Below are positions 1 through 14,705 of a stretch of DNA of 64,000 bases, in pieces. The DNA is from Octopus vulgaris (Eukaryota). The notes below the pieces were generated by a model. It had not been told where the DNA came from. It ran no database searches and saw only the letters and a program-made list of their open reading frames with translations. The position numbers were made by a program, and so were the translations under genes. Within the stretch, counting starts at the first letter, position 1, and each line of letters begins with the position of its first letter. The stretch lies in NCBI GenBank assembly GCA_951406725.2, contig OX597840.1:39680001-39744000 (forward strand), in the 5' to 3' direction.

Positions 1-360
1 CACAATACCACAGCAGGGGGCAGTGGCGACCCTTGTTGTACTCTTTCGTCCCAACTTTCTCTCACTCTTTCTTCCTACTTCTTGTCCCCGACTTCCTACG
101 CAACTGCTGAGCCTGGATAGGGCGTTGTGTGTGTTTATTGAGCGAAAACACCTAAAAGCTCCACGATACTCCAGCAGGGGGTGGTGGTGACCCCTGTTGT
201 ACTCTTTCGCCCCAACTTTCTCTCACTCTTTCTTCCTGTTTCTTGTCCCCGACTTCCTACGAAACCGCTGAACCTGGATGCGCATTCATCCATCCGTCGA
301 TACTCTTGGTGCTGGGGGTTGACCTGCTTTCTCTTCTGCGGGTCTTACAGCAGGAACGGC
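1..360 (+). mobile_element. SINE family B body (head outside window or lost), with an internal ~160-bp tandem duplication and tail type 1
   Basis: Shares core 'gtttattgagcgaaaacacctaa..gctccacga..tactctttc..caactttctctcactct..cttcctgtttct' with the full copy at 10785; 7-118 is repeated at 169-279. Confidence 0.75.
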
Positions 361-519
361 AGTAAAAGCTCGAGGATTAATGTGAGACCAACTTGCGACT
401 TCGTCATGTCAGTTTTAATCCCACCCAGGGGCACCTTATAAAAGGTTCTTCTATTATAGCCTCCTGCCAACTCTGTCTTTCAGTTCGATTTTGGTCGATG
501 AAAACTGTGGAAGCCCGTT

Positions 520-695
520 GTGGCTGTGAGGTAAGAAGCTTGGTTCCCAACCACATGGTTCCGGGTTCAGTCGCACTGCGCAGCACCTGGGTCAAGTGAT
601 TGCTAATATAGTCTCGGTACGACCAAAGACTTCTGAAGGGATTTGGTAGACGGAAACTGAAAGAAGCCTGTCGTATAATTATATATTTGTGTGTG

Positions 696-731
<36 letters not shown>

Positions 732-736
732 GTGTG

Positions 737-769
<33 letters not shown>

Positions 770-907
770 CCCATTGTGTCTTCACTTGTCCCCCACTTCC
801 ACTTGAGAACCGGTTTTGTGTGTTTACGTCCCAATAACCTAGCGGTTCGACAAAAGGAGCCGATAGAACAAGTACCAGGCTTTTAAGCAATAAGTACTGG
901 TGTTGAG
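520..907 (+). mobile_element. SINE family A, diverged, 3'-truncated
   Basis: Head 'tggctgtgaggtaagaagcttgg..aaccacatggttccgggttcagtc', 'gatttggtagacggaaactgaaagaagcc', internal (TA)n(TG)n. Confidence 0.85.
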
Positions 908-1079
908 TCTTAGATAATTTCCATTTATTGGAAACAAAATACAACAAGGCATTTCAAACTTCCAGTGTTTTGACCTTAACCGGAAAATTACCGGTTTAGA
1001 AAGAGCGTTCACCGGTCATTCTTTCATCAGTAGTGAATAAATGTGCATCAAAATTTAAACTAAAATTTTACACCCTTAA

Positions 1080-1370
1080 ATGGAGGAATTAAATGTGCAT
1101 ATTAGACATGTGATGCGTGAGTTTGGGAATTACAAATCCGCATCAGAAACAGCAAAGAAAATTTGTAGTGTGCATGGCCAGGGTCTCATTACTGATCGCC
1201 AAGTCCGAAATTGGTTCTCGAAGGTTTGTTCTGGGGATAAATCGTCATTGACAGATTGACCCAGACCAGGACGGTCATCAGACGTCGATGAAGATGTTTT
1301 AAGAGAACTTCTGGAATACAATCGCCGCAGAAGTACGCCAGATTTAGCACTTGACCATAACACATCCCAT
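1080..1370 (+). pseudogene. mariner transposase N-terminal HTH fragment
   Basis: Manual translation MEELNVHIRHVMREFGNYKSASETAKKICSVHGQGLITDRQVRNWFSKVCSGDKSSLTD*PRPGRSSDVDEDVLRELLEYNRRRSTPDLA matches the mariner N-terminal pattern (WF..F..G..L.D..R.GRP); one in-frame stop. Confidence 0.85.
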
Positions 1371-1657
1371 CGCCATCCAGAGATATTGCTTTGAGCTGAG
1401 TGGGAGTAATAGACTCCCTTGTTCAAAAATATAAGGACACAGATCGTGTCGTATAGTTACCTAGAGACGATGTCTGCTGGGGCTAAATTACAGCAACACT
1501 CTTCCTAAACCGAGACTGCCATGTCATGATGGCAAACAATCTTTACTCCAAAGTACTGTTGCTGAACATCTTTCGTTGTGAGATTTAAAAATAGTAATTT
1601 TCCAAATATTTTCCACAAAGACGGGTATTATTTATGCCTCAACCGAATATCTATGCA

Positions 1658-1951
1658 CAGTAGAGGCTTGGTTTGCGAATTTAATTCGTTCCTGAAGGCC
1701 GTTCGTCACCAGAGTTTTTTTACCCATAACAAATTGAAGAGAACGTACCCTGATTTCGAGCAGGAGTTTGCACTAAACGAAAGCTTGTCAGCAAATGACG
1801 CTTATCCGCTCGTACTCCCAGGTTGTCACCAACCGCTGTTGCTGGCTGGCGTGTTCGTTACACGAAAACAAGGTTCGTTACCAGGGTCGAGCCATATTGA
1901 TCGTTAATAAATTTGTTCATGATTACAGGCGTTCGTAAACCGAGATTTCTG
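1658..1951. mobile_element. Degenerate Tigger/pogo-like MITE
   Basis: Imperfect terminal inverted repeats 'cagtagaggcttggtttgcgaat' / 'gttcgtaaaccgagatttctg' and repeated gttcgt motifs. Confidence 0.4.
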
Positions 1952-2087
1952 AATATATATGTGTACGTATGTGTGTATGTATATATATATTGTCAGAATT
2001 ATCTTTGCACCTAGAATATAAACAACGTAACCTGCAACAACGCAGTTTTTCTTATTTTGTTGCTAAATTACATTTTCATTTTACCAT

Positions 2088-3440
<1,353 letters not shown>

Positions 3441-4005
3441 TATTTTTTCTATTACATTTCATTTATTTTCTAATTAATATCACATTTATAACATTTACAC
3501 TTTATCAGTTTATCACAAAAAGTTTTCTCCATTTTCATTTTTATTTTTATTTCCTTCTGTATTTTTATTCAATTATTTATTACGTCATGTTTTGGTTTGT
3601 ATCTTAGTCACAGTACGCAATGTTATTATCAGTGACGAATGCACAATAATATCTCCATCGACGAAACACGTTTTATCTCGCTCTGTGTGTCGTAGGCATT
3701 CTACATATCTTCCCTTACTCGCTCTTTCTCTCTAATTCTCTCTCTCATTCTCTCTCACTCTCTCCCCCTTCCTCCCTCTATCTCTATTTGTCTCATATAT
3801 ATACATACATACATTCAAATACAGAAGCAAAGCCGCGCGCTACACGTTCAAAACAAGATTATATTTGCAAAATAAGTGTTATGGACAAACGCTTAACATT
3901 GAATTAATCACAACTAAAAATATTGTTTTCCCTTCACCCTCTCCCTCTCTCCCGTTCTATCTCTATATCCGTCTCTCTTCATTTATATATATATATATAT
4001 ATATA

Positions 4006-4193
4006 TGATTGATTGATTGATTCTAGTTTCAGCTCATGAGCTGTGGCCATGCTGGGGCACCGCCATTTTTGCTATGCTTACTGCACCTAGGTTTCCCAAG
4101 CGGTCACCCATCTAAGTACTGACTAGGCTCGACGTTGCTTAACTGCGGTGATCAGACGAGAACCGGTGCTTTAAACGTGATATGGCCGTAAGC
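4006..4193 (-). mobile_element. 5S rRNA-derived SINE (SINE3 type): 5S head, family A-like tail and (AATC)n end
   Basis: Minus strand reads gcttacggccatatcacg...gtgcagtaagc (118 nt 5S-like), then atagcaaaaat, then ggcggtgccccagcatggccacagctcatgagctgaaactag, then (aatc)4. Confidence 0.8.
4076..4193 (-). rRNA. 5S rRNA-like sequence (SINE head or pseudogene, not a canonical 5S gene)
   Basis: Box A 'agttaagcaacgtcg', box C 'agtacttagatgggtgaccgcttggg', helix I gcttac/gtaagc; no oligo-T terminator follows. Confidence 0.9.
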
Positions 4194-4281
4194 CATATAC
4201 ATACACATACATAAAATCACATCATATATATATATGTGTGTATTTATGTATAAGTACCATATTCATCTGAATCTAAATTTT

Positions 4282-4317
<36 letters not shown>

Positions 4318-4320
4318 TAT

Positions 4321-4369
<49 letters not shown>

Positions 4370-4386
4370 CAGAGAGACAGAGACAT

Positions 4387-4636
4387 ATAAGCAGTGGCGT
4401 CAAACAGGGTTGTGTACTTGCCCCCACGCTACCAGGCATCTTCTTTGCAGTAATACTGAAAGATGCATTTGGGACGTCAACCGACGGTGATCATCTCCAC
4501 ACCATCTCTTGTGGCAAACTGTTTAGTCAGACGAATCTGAAAGCAAATTACAATGTGTGCAGGTACATTTTCGCAGAAAATGCAACACTGACAGCGCACC
4601 CTGAAGAGCAAATGCGAGCGGGAATGAGAGAAAAAC
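4387..4636 (+). pseudogene. RTE-clade LINE reverse transcriptase fragment
   Basis: Translates ISSGVKQGCVLAPTLPGIFFAVILKDAFGTSTDGDHLHTISCGKLFSQTNLKANYNVCRYIFAENATLTAHPEEQM; GVKQGCVLAP motif, with FADD decayed to FAEN. Confidence 0.9.
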
Positions 4637-4638
4637 TA

Positions 4639-5048
4639 GGCGCAGGAGTGACTGTGTGGTAAGTAGCTTGCTTATCAGCCACGTGGTTCCGGGTTCAGTC
4701 CCACTGTGTGGCACCTTGGCCGGGTGTCTTCTACTATAGCCTCGGGCCGACCAAAGCCTGGTGAGTGGATTTGGTAGACGAAAACTGAACGAAGCCCGTC
4801 GTGTATATGTATATACATGTGTGTGTGTGTGCGTGTATGTTTGTGTGTCTGTGTTTGTCCCCCTAGTATTGCTTGACAACCGATGCTGGTGTGTTTATGT
4901 CCCCGTCACTTAGCGGTTCGGCAAAAGAGACCGATAGAATAAGTACTGGGCTTACAGAGAATAAGTACCGGGGTCGAGTTGCTCGATCAAACGCGGTGCA
5001 CCAGCATGGCCGCAGTCAAATGACTGAGACAAGTACAAGAGTAAAAGA
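4639..5048 (+). mobile_element. SINE family A, full length
   Basis: tRNA-like A/B boxes ('tgactgtgtgg', 'ggttcagtccc'), internal TA/TG tract, tail 'gcggtgcaccagcatggccgcagtcaaatgactgagacaag'. Confidence 0.95.
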
Positions 5049-5092
5049 TTAACCAAAATAGATTATTGTTGACATTCAGACCTGTGATAATG

Positions 5093-5300
5093 TTCCAGCA
5101 GCATCGTTAGCGCGTCGGGCTGTATGCTTAGCGGCATATCGTCCAACTTTACGTTCTGAGTTCAAATTCTGTCGATGTCGATTTTGCTTTTCATCTTCTG
5201 AAGGTTGATGAAATGAGTACCAGTTGAACACTGACGTGAATTTACTCGATCTAGCCCTTCTCCGAAATTTCTGGCCTTGTGCAAAAGTTTGAATGCAGTA
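5093..5300 (+). mobile_element. SINE family D, old subfamily
   Basis: 'acgttctgagttcaaattctgtcgatgtcgattttgcttttcatc..gatgaaatgagtaccag' matches the copies at 55-61 kb. Confidence 0.8.
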
Positions 5301-5914
5301 TTATCTTATATAAGAATAGAACAAAAATAGATTATTGTTGAGGTGGGTAAACATAGGGATTATAACACATTTTGACCTTCAGTTGTATCTCCAGAATGGT
5401 ATTATTTTATCGGTCCCGGTAGGATGAAGTGTATATTTGCTTCTCATGAGACGGGAGATTATTGAGCGCTTAAAATACTGAATCATAAGTACACACCCGG
5501 AAACTATCTCAGCCATTGATATAACGCTTCTGCATAATTACGGCTTTGAGATGCAGAATGATTGATATCGTTTTAGCCTGTTATCATTGGTATATCAATA
5601 AATGATATACGAATGTTGTGCTGATTTAAATATCCAAGCTTTTAGTTAATTTCATGAAGAAATATGCTAATTTGAAAACTGTACAGCGTTTGAAAATGGA
5701 AGCAGAAAAAAAAGAAATAAATAATAAATTGCCTTCATAAAGTTACAATATTTTTAATAATATTTCCTTCTTTTAAGAAATCACCAAATATTCAGTGTTG
5801 AGCCATTGAAATATTTAATGATTAAAGTCAACCGTAAATGAAGATAAATTAACCGAATCAATATATCATACCATACCAGGTGTAGGTGCGTGCATGTATA
5901 TGCGGGAGGTTGTA

Positions 5915-7332
<1,418 letters not shown>

Positions 7333-7540
7333 ATTTACTAAGACTATTTGCATTGTAATTGCTTTAAAAATCAATTAGGGATGAATGCTAAAGTGATCTT
7401 GATGAATATTAAGAGCTGGTATTTTTCGTATTAAAATTTTCTATCGCCCGCCTCTTGTTTAAATTCGTTTGTTTAAAGAGTGGCTACTAAAGATTGGACA
7501 AAATACACTCGAGTTAATCTTTGTATTGCATGTGAAATAT

Positions 7541-8260
7541 GAAGAAGAAGAGAAGAAGGAGAAGGAGGAGGAGCGGGAGGAGGAGGAGAAAGAAGAAGAA
7601 GAAGAAGAAGAAGAAGAAGAAGAAGAAGATAATGATGATGATGATGAAGGAGGAGAAGAAGAAGGAGGAGGAGGAGGAGAAAGAAGAAGAAGAAGATGAT
7701 GATGATGAAGGAGAAGAAGAAGAAGAAGATGAAGAAGAAGAAGAAGGAGGAGGAGGAGAAGAAGAAGAAGCGGAAGAAGAAAAAGAAGATAATGATGATG
7801 ATGATGAAGGAGGAGAAGAAGAAGGAGGAGGAGGAGGAGAAAGAAGAAGAAGAAGATGATGATGATGATGAAGGAGAAGAAGAAGAAGATGATGAAGAAG
7901 AAGAAGAAGGAGGAGGAGGAGAATAAGAAGAAGCGGAAGAAGAAAAAGAAGAAGATGAAGAAGAAGAGGTAGAAAAGAAAAAGAAGAAAAGTAAAATTAG
8001 ACGAAAGAGAAGAAGACGAAGACGAAGAAGAAAAGAAAAATAAGACGAAAAAGAAGAAGAAGAAGAAGAAGAAGAAGAAGAAAGAGGGAAGAAGACGACG
8101 AAGAATACGAAAAAGAAGAACGAAAGAAAATGAAAACGAAAAAGAAAAGGAGGAGGAGGATTTGGAGAAGAACAAAAAGAAGAAAAAGAAGAAGAAGGAT
8201 GTTGATGATGATGATGATGATATTGATGATGATGATGATGATATTGATGATGATGATGAC
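7541..8260. repeat. (GAA)/(GAG)/(GAT) purine-rich compound microsatellite with a ~160-bp higher-order duplication
   Basis: 'gataatgatgatgatgatgaaggaggagaagaagaaggagg' occurs at 7628 and 7788. Confidence 0.95.
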
Positions 8261-8512
8261 GACAGAGTTTAAAATTTAATAGTGTACATATCGCAATACG
8301 CTTGTTATTTGTTCTTAAATCAATAGTTTTAAATCGAATGCATTTCTTTGGCTCGATAAACACGACAGTTTGCTCTCCGACTATTTTTACACTATAAGCA
8401 GACACCATATGATTCTCCTCCCTCTTTCTTTCTCCCTCTCTTTCTCTTTTATATATATATAATATATATATATATATATCCCCCTCTTTCTTTCTCCCTC
8501 TCTTTCTCTCTT

Positions 8513-8640
<128 letters not shown>

Positions 8641-9055
8641 GGCGCAAGAGAGGCTGTGTGGTAAGTAGCTTGTCTACCAACCACATGGTTCCGGGTTCAG
8701 TCCCACTGCGTGGCACCTTGGGCAAGTGTCTTCTACTATAGCCTCGGGCCGACCAAAGCCGTGTGAGTGGATTTGGTAGACAGAAACTGAAAGAAGCCCG
8801 TCGTATATATGTATATATATATATATATTTATGCGTGTGTGTGTGTTTGTGTGTCTGTGTTTGTCCCCTAGCATTGCTTGACAACCGACGCTTGTGCGTT
8901 TATGTCCCCGTTACTTAGCGGTTCGGCAAAAGAGACCGATAGAATAAGTACTGGGCTTACAAAAGAATAAGTCCCGGGGTCGAGTAGCTCGACTAAAGGC
9001 GGTGCTCCAGCATGGCCGCAGTCAAATGACTGAAACAAGTAAAAGAGTAAAAAGA

Positions 9056-9058
<3 letters not shown>
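8641..9058 (+). mobile_element. SINE family A, full length, inside (TA)n
   Basis: Complete head to tail; (TA)n on both sides. Confidence 0.97.
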
Positions 9059-9143
<85 letters not shown>

Positions 9144-9454
9144 ATATTGATATATATATATATATATACATATATGCTTGCATTGTCTAACTATATTAGT
9201 TTGTACGTGTATACTAGAGGAACCGTGATTTTGCATGCTTTCAACGAATGTGACATCGAAATCATATGTAAACGGCTACCTTCCCCAGAAAAAGAAGGAT
9301 TTATCTGCTATTTCTTGCACCCCCTGCTATCACGTAACATGTATTTAAGGTCATTCATCGCAAATAGCTCTTATGTGGTACCAGTGCGTGGTAGAAATAG
9401 CAGCCAAATCTGTGGATGTGAGATACGTTGAATGCAATCGAAAAAAGCCTACAG

Positions 9455-9776
9455 TTTTACTTGTATCAGTCATTTGACTGTGGCCATGCTAGAGCACCGC
9501 CTTTAGTCGAGCATAGCACTTATTCTATCGATCTCTTTTGCCGAACTGGGGAACGTAAACACAACAGCATCGGTTGTTGAGCGATGTTGGGAGGACAAAC
9601 CCAGACACACAAATATATACACACACATACATATATACATATACATATATGCGACGGGCTTCTTTCAGTTTCCGTCTATCAAATCCACTCACAAGGCTTT
9701 GGTCGGCCCGAGGCTATAGTAGAAGACACTTGGTCAAGGTGCCATGCAGTGGTACTGAACTCGGAACTATGTGGTT
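9455..9776 (-). mobile_element. SINE family A, 5'-truncated, with internal deletion
   Basis: Reverse complement of family A tail and body. Confidence 0.92.
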
Positions 9777-10784
9777 CGTGGAAAATACTATTTTAAACTG
9801 AGGTTACGAACGGCTCTTTTACGAAATATCTGCCGTATTTTTGAAATCGTTTTCACTTTACAATATTTTTAAATATGCCAAAAGAATTGTAATGGTATTC
9901 TCTTGAAAATAATTTGCTTAAAGGCAGCTAAAGTATTAATACTTACTGTACAAACAACTTACATGTTTGAAATCATATTTACTTAAAAATATTTCTAAAT
10001 GATTAAATTATTGTTTCGCAAGAACGAAAATAGAAACATTTATTGTTAAAAAAATCGTATTCTTCCGTTGTTGGTTTGCTGTCTAATAGAAAATTAGAGA
10101 TTCTTCCCTTTCATGATGAAGATTATTTTCGGAACATTTTCCCATTATGCGCCAGTTTGGCTGAGTAACATTGCAAGCAAGCAAGATTCAAACTTACATT
10201 TAATGTATTATATATGTGTGTGTGTGTATGTGGATGTGTGTGGATGTGTGTGTGCGCGCGTGTCTGTTAGAAGAGAACATTGGTTTTTTCCTTTTTTAGT
10301 TATCTTTTGCTGATGTCCCAAGACAATGGAGATAGTTAGATAGATAGAATGATAGATAGATAAATAGATGTGTTCAATATTCATTTATTTATTTAGTCAT
10401 TTACCATTATATTAATATGGGTTCAAGGATGGTGACCCCTCCAAGATGTCAGTTGTAGGATTGGGAAAATAATGAAAGTCTAGGGTGCTGTCATCACTGA
10501 AAGGGTTTTGTTTTTTTGTTCTTAAGAAGGAAGAGAAGAGGTTCTGTAAACAATTATCTGTCTATCTATCTATTTATCTATCTATCTTTGTACGTATCTA
10601 TGTCCATTATCCTGCTACCCCCACCAAAAAAAAACAACAATGTTCTCTTCTATATCTGCAGGGTTTTAGGGATAAATTTGACAATTTTCATCAAACGATA
10701 AGAAAACAATATCCCCTTCAAAAACATAGGTATTTAAAAATATCAAAATAAATCAACAATATTATGTTTGGTAGATATAAGTTT

Positions 10785-11172
10785 GTGGAGGCGCAATGGC
10801 CCAGTGGTTAGGACAGGGGACTCGCGGTCGTAGGATCGCGGTTTCGATTCCCAGACCGGGCATTGTGAGCGTTTATTGAGCGAAAACACCTAAAGCTCCA
10901 CGAGGCTCCGGCAGGGATGGTGGTGATCCCTGCTGTACTCTTTCACCACAACTTTCTCTCACTCTTACTTCCTGTTTCTGTTGTACCTGTATTTCAAAGG
11001 GCCGGCCTTGTCACTCTCTGTGTCACGCTGAATATCCCCGAGAACTACGTTAAGGGTGCACGTGTCTGTGGAGTGCTCAGCCACTTGCACGTTAATTTCA
11101 CGAGCAGGCTGTTCCGTTGATCGGATCAACCGGAACCCTCATCGTCGTAACCGACGGAGTGCTTCCACCCAC
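10785..11172 (+). mobile_element. SINE family B, full length, tail type 2, 12-bp target-site duplication
   Basis: tRNA-like head 'ggaggcgcaatggcccagtggttagg..ggtttcgattccc'; TSD agatataagttt at 10773-10784 and 11173-11184. Confidence 0.93.
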
Positions 11173-11714
11173 AGATATAAGTTTACTCAAGGTAACCGCG
11201 CTCACCTTACGCCGCGCCTCGAGACGAATTCAGAAGCCAGGAGTCCTCTTCACTGTGTCCCTAGTAAAATCTTCTTGGCCACAATCTTGATTTTTGCGTT
11301 ACATGCAGACCAGTTGGTGTTTTAACCAACCGCTGCTCATATATATTATTCCGTAGCCAGAAACCGGGGTTAATGAGATCGTAGATGTTTTCTGACAAGC
11401 AATTCTCATACTTTTCAGAGCCATAGCAAGAAACCCAATCCTGCTGCCACACATATAGCATTCCAACGGCAATTTTGTTCTAATTATTATGCATGTGTTA
11501 ATTATTAGTGTGTAATTCGTCTTCTCGTTGATGATGATCATCTTTTCAAAGTTATTATTAATTATGATAATGATGATGATGAGAAGGAGGAGGAGGAGGA
11601 GGAGGAGGAGGACTAAGAAGAGGAGGGAGAGGACGATGACGAAGACGACGACGGTGACCACGAAGATGACATTGACCATAGCAAGTATGGCATGACACCA
11701 ATCCTGCTGCTACT

Positions 11715-11783
11715 AATGATGATGATGATGATGATGATTATGATAATGGTTGTGGTGAAGATGGTGGTGAAAATGATGATGGT

Positions 11784-11827
<44 letters not shown>

Positions 11828-11978
11828 CGTGCTGGTGGTGGTGATGATCATCATGTTGATGGTAATGTTGAGGCTGCTGCTGCTATTGATGATGATGGTG
11901 ATGACGATGATGATGATGATGATGATGATGTTAGTGATGATGATGATGATGACGATGATGATGATGATGGCGATGATG

Positions 11979-12009
<31 letters not shown>

Positions 12010-12028
12010 CGATGACGATGATGATGAC

Positions 12029-12059
<31 letters not shown>

Positions 12060-12780
12060 GTGACGGTGATGACGATGACGATGATGATGGCGATGATGAT
12101 GATGATGATGATGATGATGGTGATGGTGATGACGATGACGATGATGATGACGATGATGATGATGATGATGGCGATGATGATGATGATGATGACGATGATG
12201 ATAACGATGACGATGATGACGATGATGGTGACGATGTTGATGAGGATGACCATGATGACGATGATGATGACGGTAGTTCGTCTGCCGTTAAGTTCTGAGT
12301 TCAAATTCCGCCGAGGTCGACTTTGCCTTTCATACTTTCGGGGCCGATTAAATAAGTACCAGTTACGCACTGGAGTCGATATAATCGACTTAATCCGTTT
12401 GTCTGTCCTTGTTTGTCCTCTCTGTGATTAGCCCCTTGCGGGTAGTAAAGAAATAGATGATGATGATGAAGATGATGATGATGAGGATGAGGATGATGAT
12501 GACGATGATGATGAGGATGTTGATGACGATGACGATGATGACGATGATGATGACGATGATGATGAAGATGTTGATGACGATGACGATGATGACGATGATG
12601 ATGACGATGATGATGATGACGATGATGATGATGACGATGACGATGACGATGATGATGATGACGGTGTTGATGACGATTTTGATGATGATGATGATGATGC
12701 TGATGATGTTGAAGCTTCTACTGATAATAATGATGATGATGATGATGACGATGGTGGTAGCGATTATGATGAATATGCAG
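11715..12780. repeat. (GAT)n/(GAC) trinucleotide array interrupted by a family D SINE
   Basis: Directly visible. Confidence 0.95.
12271..12457 (+). mobile_element. SINE family D, single headless ~185-nt unit
   Basis: 'ttcgtctgccgttaagttctgagttcaaattccgccgaggtcgactttgcc..gtagtaaagaaatag'. Confidence 0.92.
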
Positions 12781-14527
12781 TTATTGATTATCAATTTCAA
12801 AACCCACAAATTCGTCGACATTATCATTAATAAATAAATATTATGGCAGAAATGTCGCTATACACTCATAATATGTGTGCTTGTGTTATATAACCTCGAA
12901 CACAGATTACATCGAGAGAGATAACGAAATTTCATATGATAATTCATACAAGACGGTTCATCAAACGGCTTATTTAAGCAATTCTAGGGTCTACTATATT
13001 ATATTAAATTATACTAAATTGTACTAAATTATATTAAATTATACTTTCTAAATACTAAATGATCAAAGGGTAGGAAAACCAGAGAATGTATTTAGTTATA
13101 TGAGTGAGGAAATTTCGCATCGAAATCATGTGTTCAGTATTAGTTCGCATCGCCATGCCTCGTTCAAATACTCGTAGATTAAATTTGGTAGGACTACGGA
13201 TTATGAACTAGTATGGAAACACACAGACACAGTCATCTAACTTTTCCTCAACTAGAACCTTAATCTTTATGCTCTCCAGCGCCGTTGACTGTTCACGAAC
13301 CTATCTAGCTGTTCCTGAGAAAAAGGAAACATGAAAAAAGAAAATGAAGTGAAATATAGTCCGATCACCTCGTGTAACAAACATGGCACTGTGACCATCT
13401 CGTTCGAAGTTTATGCAATAATATATGAGAATGAATGTTAATGGTTTTGAAATAGCGGATAAAAGAACATTCGGCTTAGAGAATCCGGCTGGAGCAGGAA
13501 GCACTCACAATAAGTCTCTGACGGCTAATTATTATGCATGTGTTAACAATTAGTGTGTAATTAGTCTCGTCGTTGATGATGGTCCTGTTTTCATTGTTAT
13601 TAATGATGATGATGATGAAGATGATGATGATGATGATGGTGATGGTGATGGTCGTGGTTATGATGATTATGATGACGATGACAAAGAAGAGGATGAGGAG
13701 GATGAGGACGACGACGACGAAGACGAAGATGACCACGACGTCGACAGTGACCATAGACAGAATGGCAGGACATCGATGCTGATGATGACGATGAGGAGGA
13801 AGAGGAGGATGACAATGCCGATGATGATGATGATGATAATGATGGTGGGGGGTGCTGGTGCTGGTGCTGGTGCTGGAGCTGGTGATGGTGATGATAATGT
13901 TGGGGCTGCTGCTGCTGCTACTGATGATGAAGTTTATCTCTACAGAAATACTGGCCAGCTCTCATTCGTTACAATGTTTCATAACCGAATACGACTAATG
14001 CAAACAATAATGAGATCAAAGATTAAAATTGTATATTGGGCGTGTATGCCATACTTCAGGCGTTTTTGCTCCTTGCTCAGCACGCATCCAACCATTAATC
14101 ATCCACCAACTCATTGCTTAAATGGCCACTAAATACAGCGGTGTAACGTTATTCGATTTACCAATTTTAGATATTAAACACATTCTTGGAACATGATGTC
14201 CCTAAAGCGATGCACACTAAATTACCAGTAACTATGAGGATTTTAGGAGGCACATTTTCTAAGAACTGTAAAAGAGCACGGGAGGTTGAGCCTCCAAACA
14301 AGCCCTTCGCGCTACCCTTAAAACCAGGAAGTTGTCAGCACCCCACGTATACCACTCCTAATATATATGGTAATCCTAAACTTTTTGGCTCCATCTTCCT
14401 GTTGATCGAAAGACCGAACGTCGTTCTTTGTCTATTTAACGCATATTGCAAGTGCAGATATATATATATATATATAGTAGTAACAGAAAGAGGAATTTCG
14501 ATTGTCCCCACGTCATAAGTTGTAATG

Positions 14528-14705
14528 TATATAAGAAATTAGAAAAGGAAAATACGTATACTTACATGGTTTTAATATACTTTTTATTATATCGACTGGT
14601 TTCGCTATCGCTATTCATGATATTATGTTTAATTTACTTGAATATATATTAAAAAGTATATTAAAACCATGTAAGTGAATTTTCCTTTTTTAATTTCTTA
14701 TATAT
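14528..14705 (-). mobile_element. Small Penelope-type unit with ~55-bp inverted arms flanking a hammerhead motif
   Basis: Arms at 14528-14586 and 14650-14705 ('acttacatggttttaatatacttttta' / 'taaaaagtatattaaaaccatgtaagt'); TA-rich flanks. Confidence 0.65.
14589..14623 (-). ncRNA. Minimal type I hammerhead motif, A3-U8 core variant
   Basis: atatc-ATGAATA-gc gata gc-GAAA-ccag-TC-gatat: 5-bp stem I, GUC triplet, stem II only 2 bp. Confidence 0.6.

Noticed and set aside
4076-4193. Functional 5S rRNA gene
   Set aside because: Single copy, helix I mismatch, no oligo-T terminator and fused to a retroposon tail.
10785-10860. tRNA genes at SINE heads (also 19198, 46098, 55300)
   Set aside because: They have A/B boxes but continue into SINE bodies and tails, one with a clear TSD; no convincing full cloverleaf or terminator.
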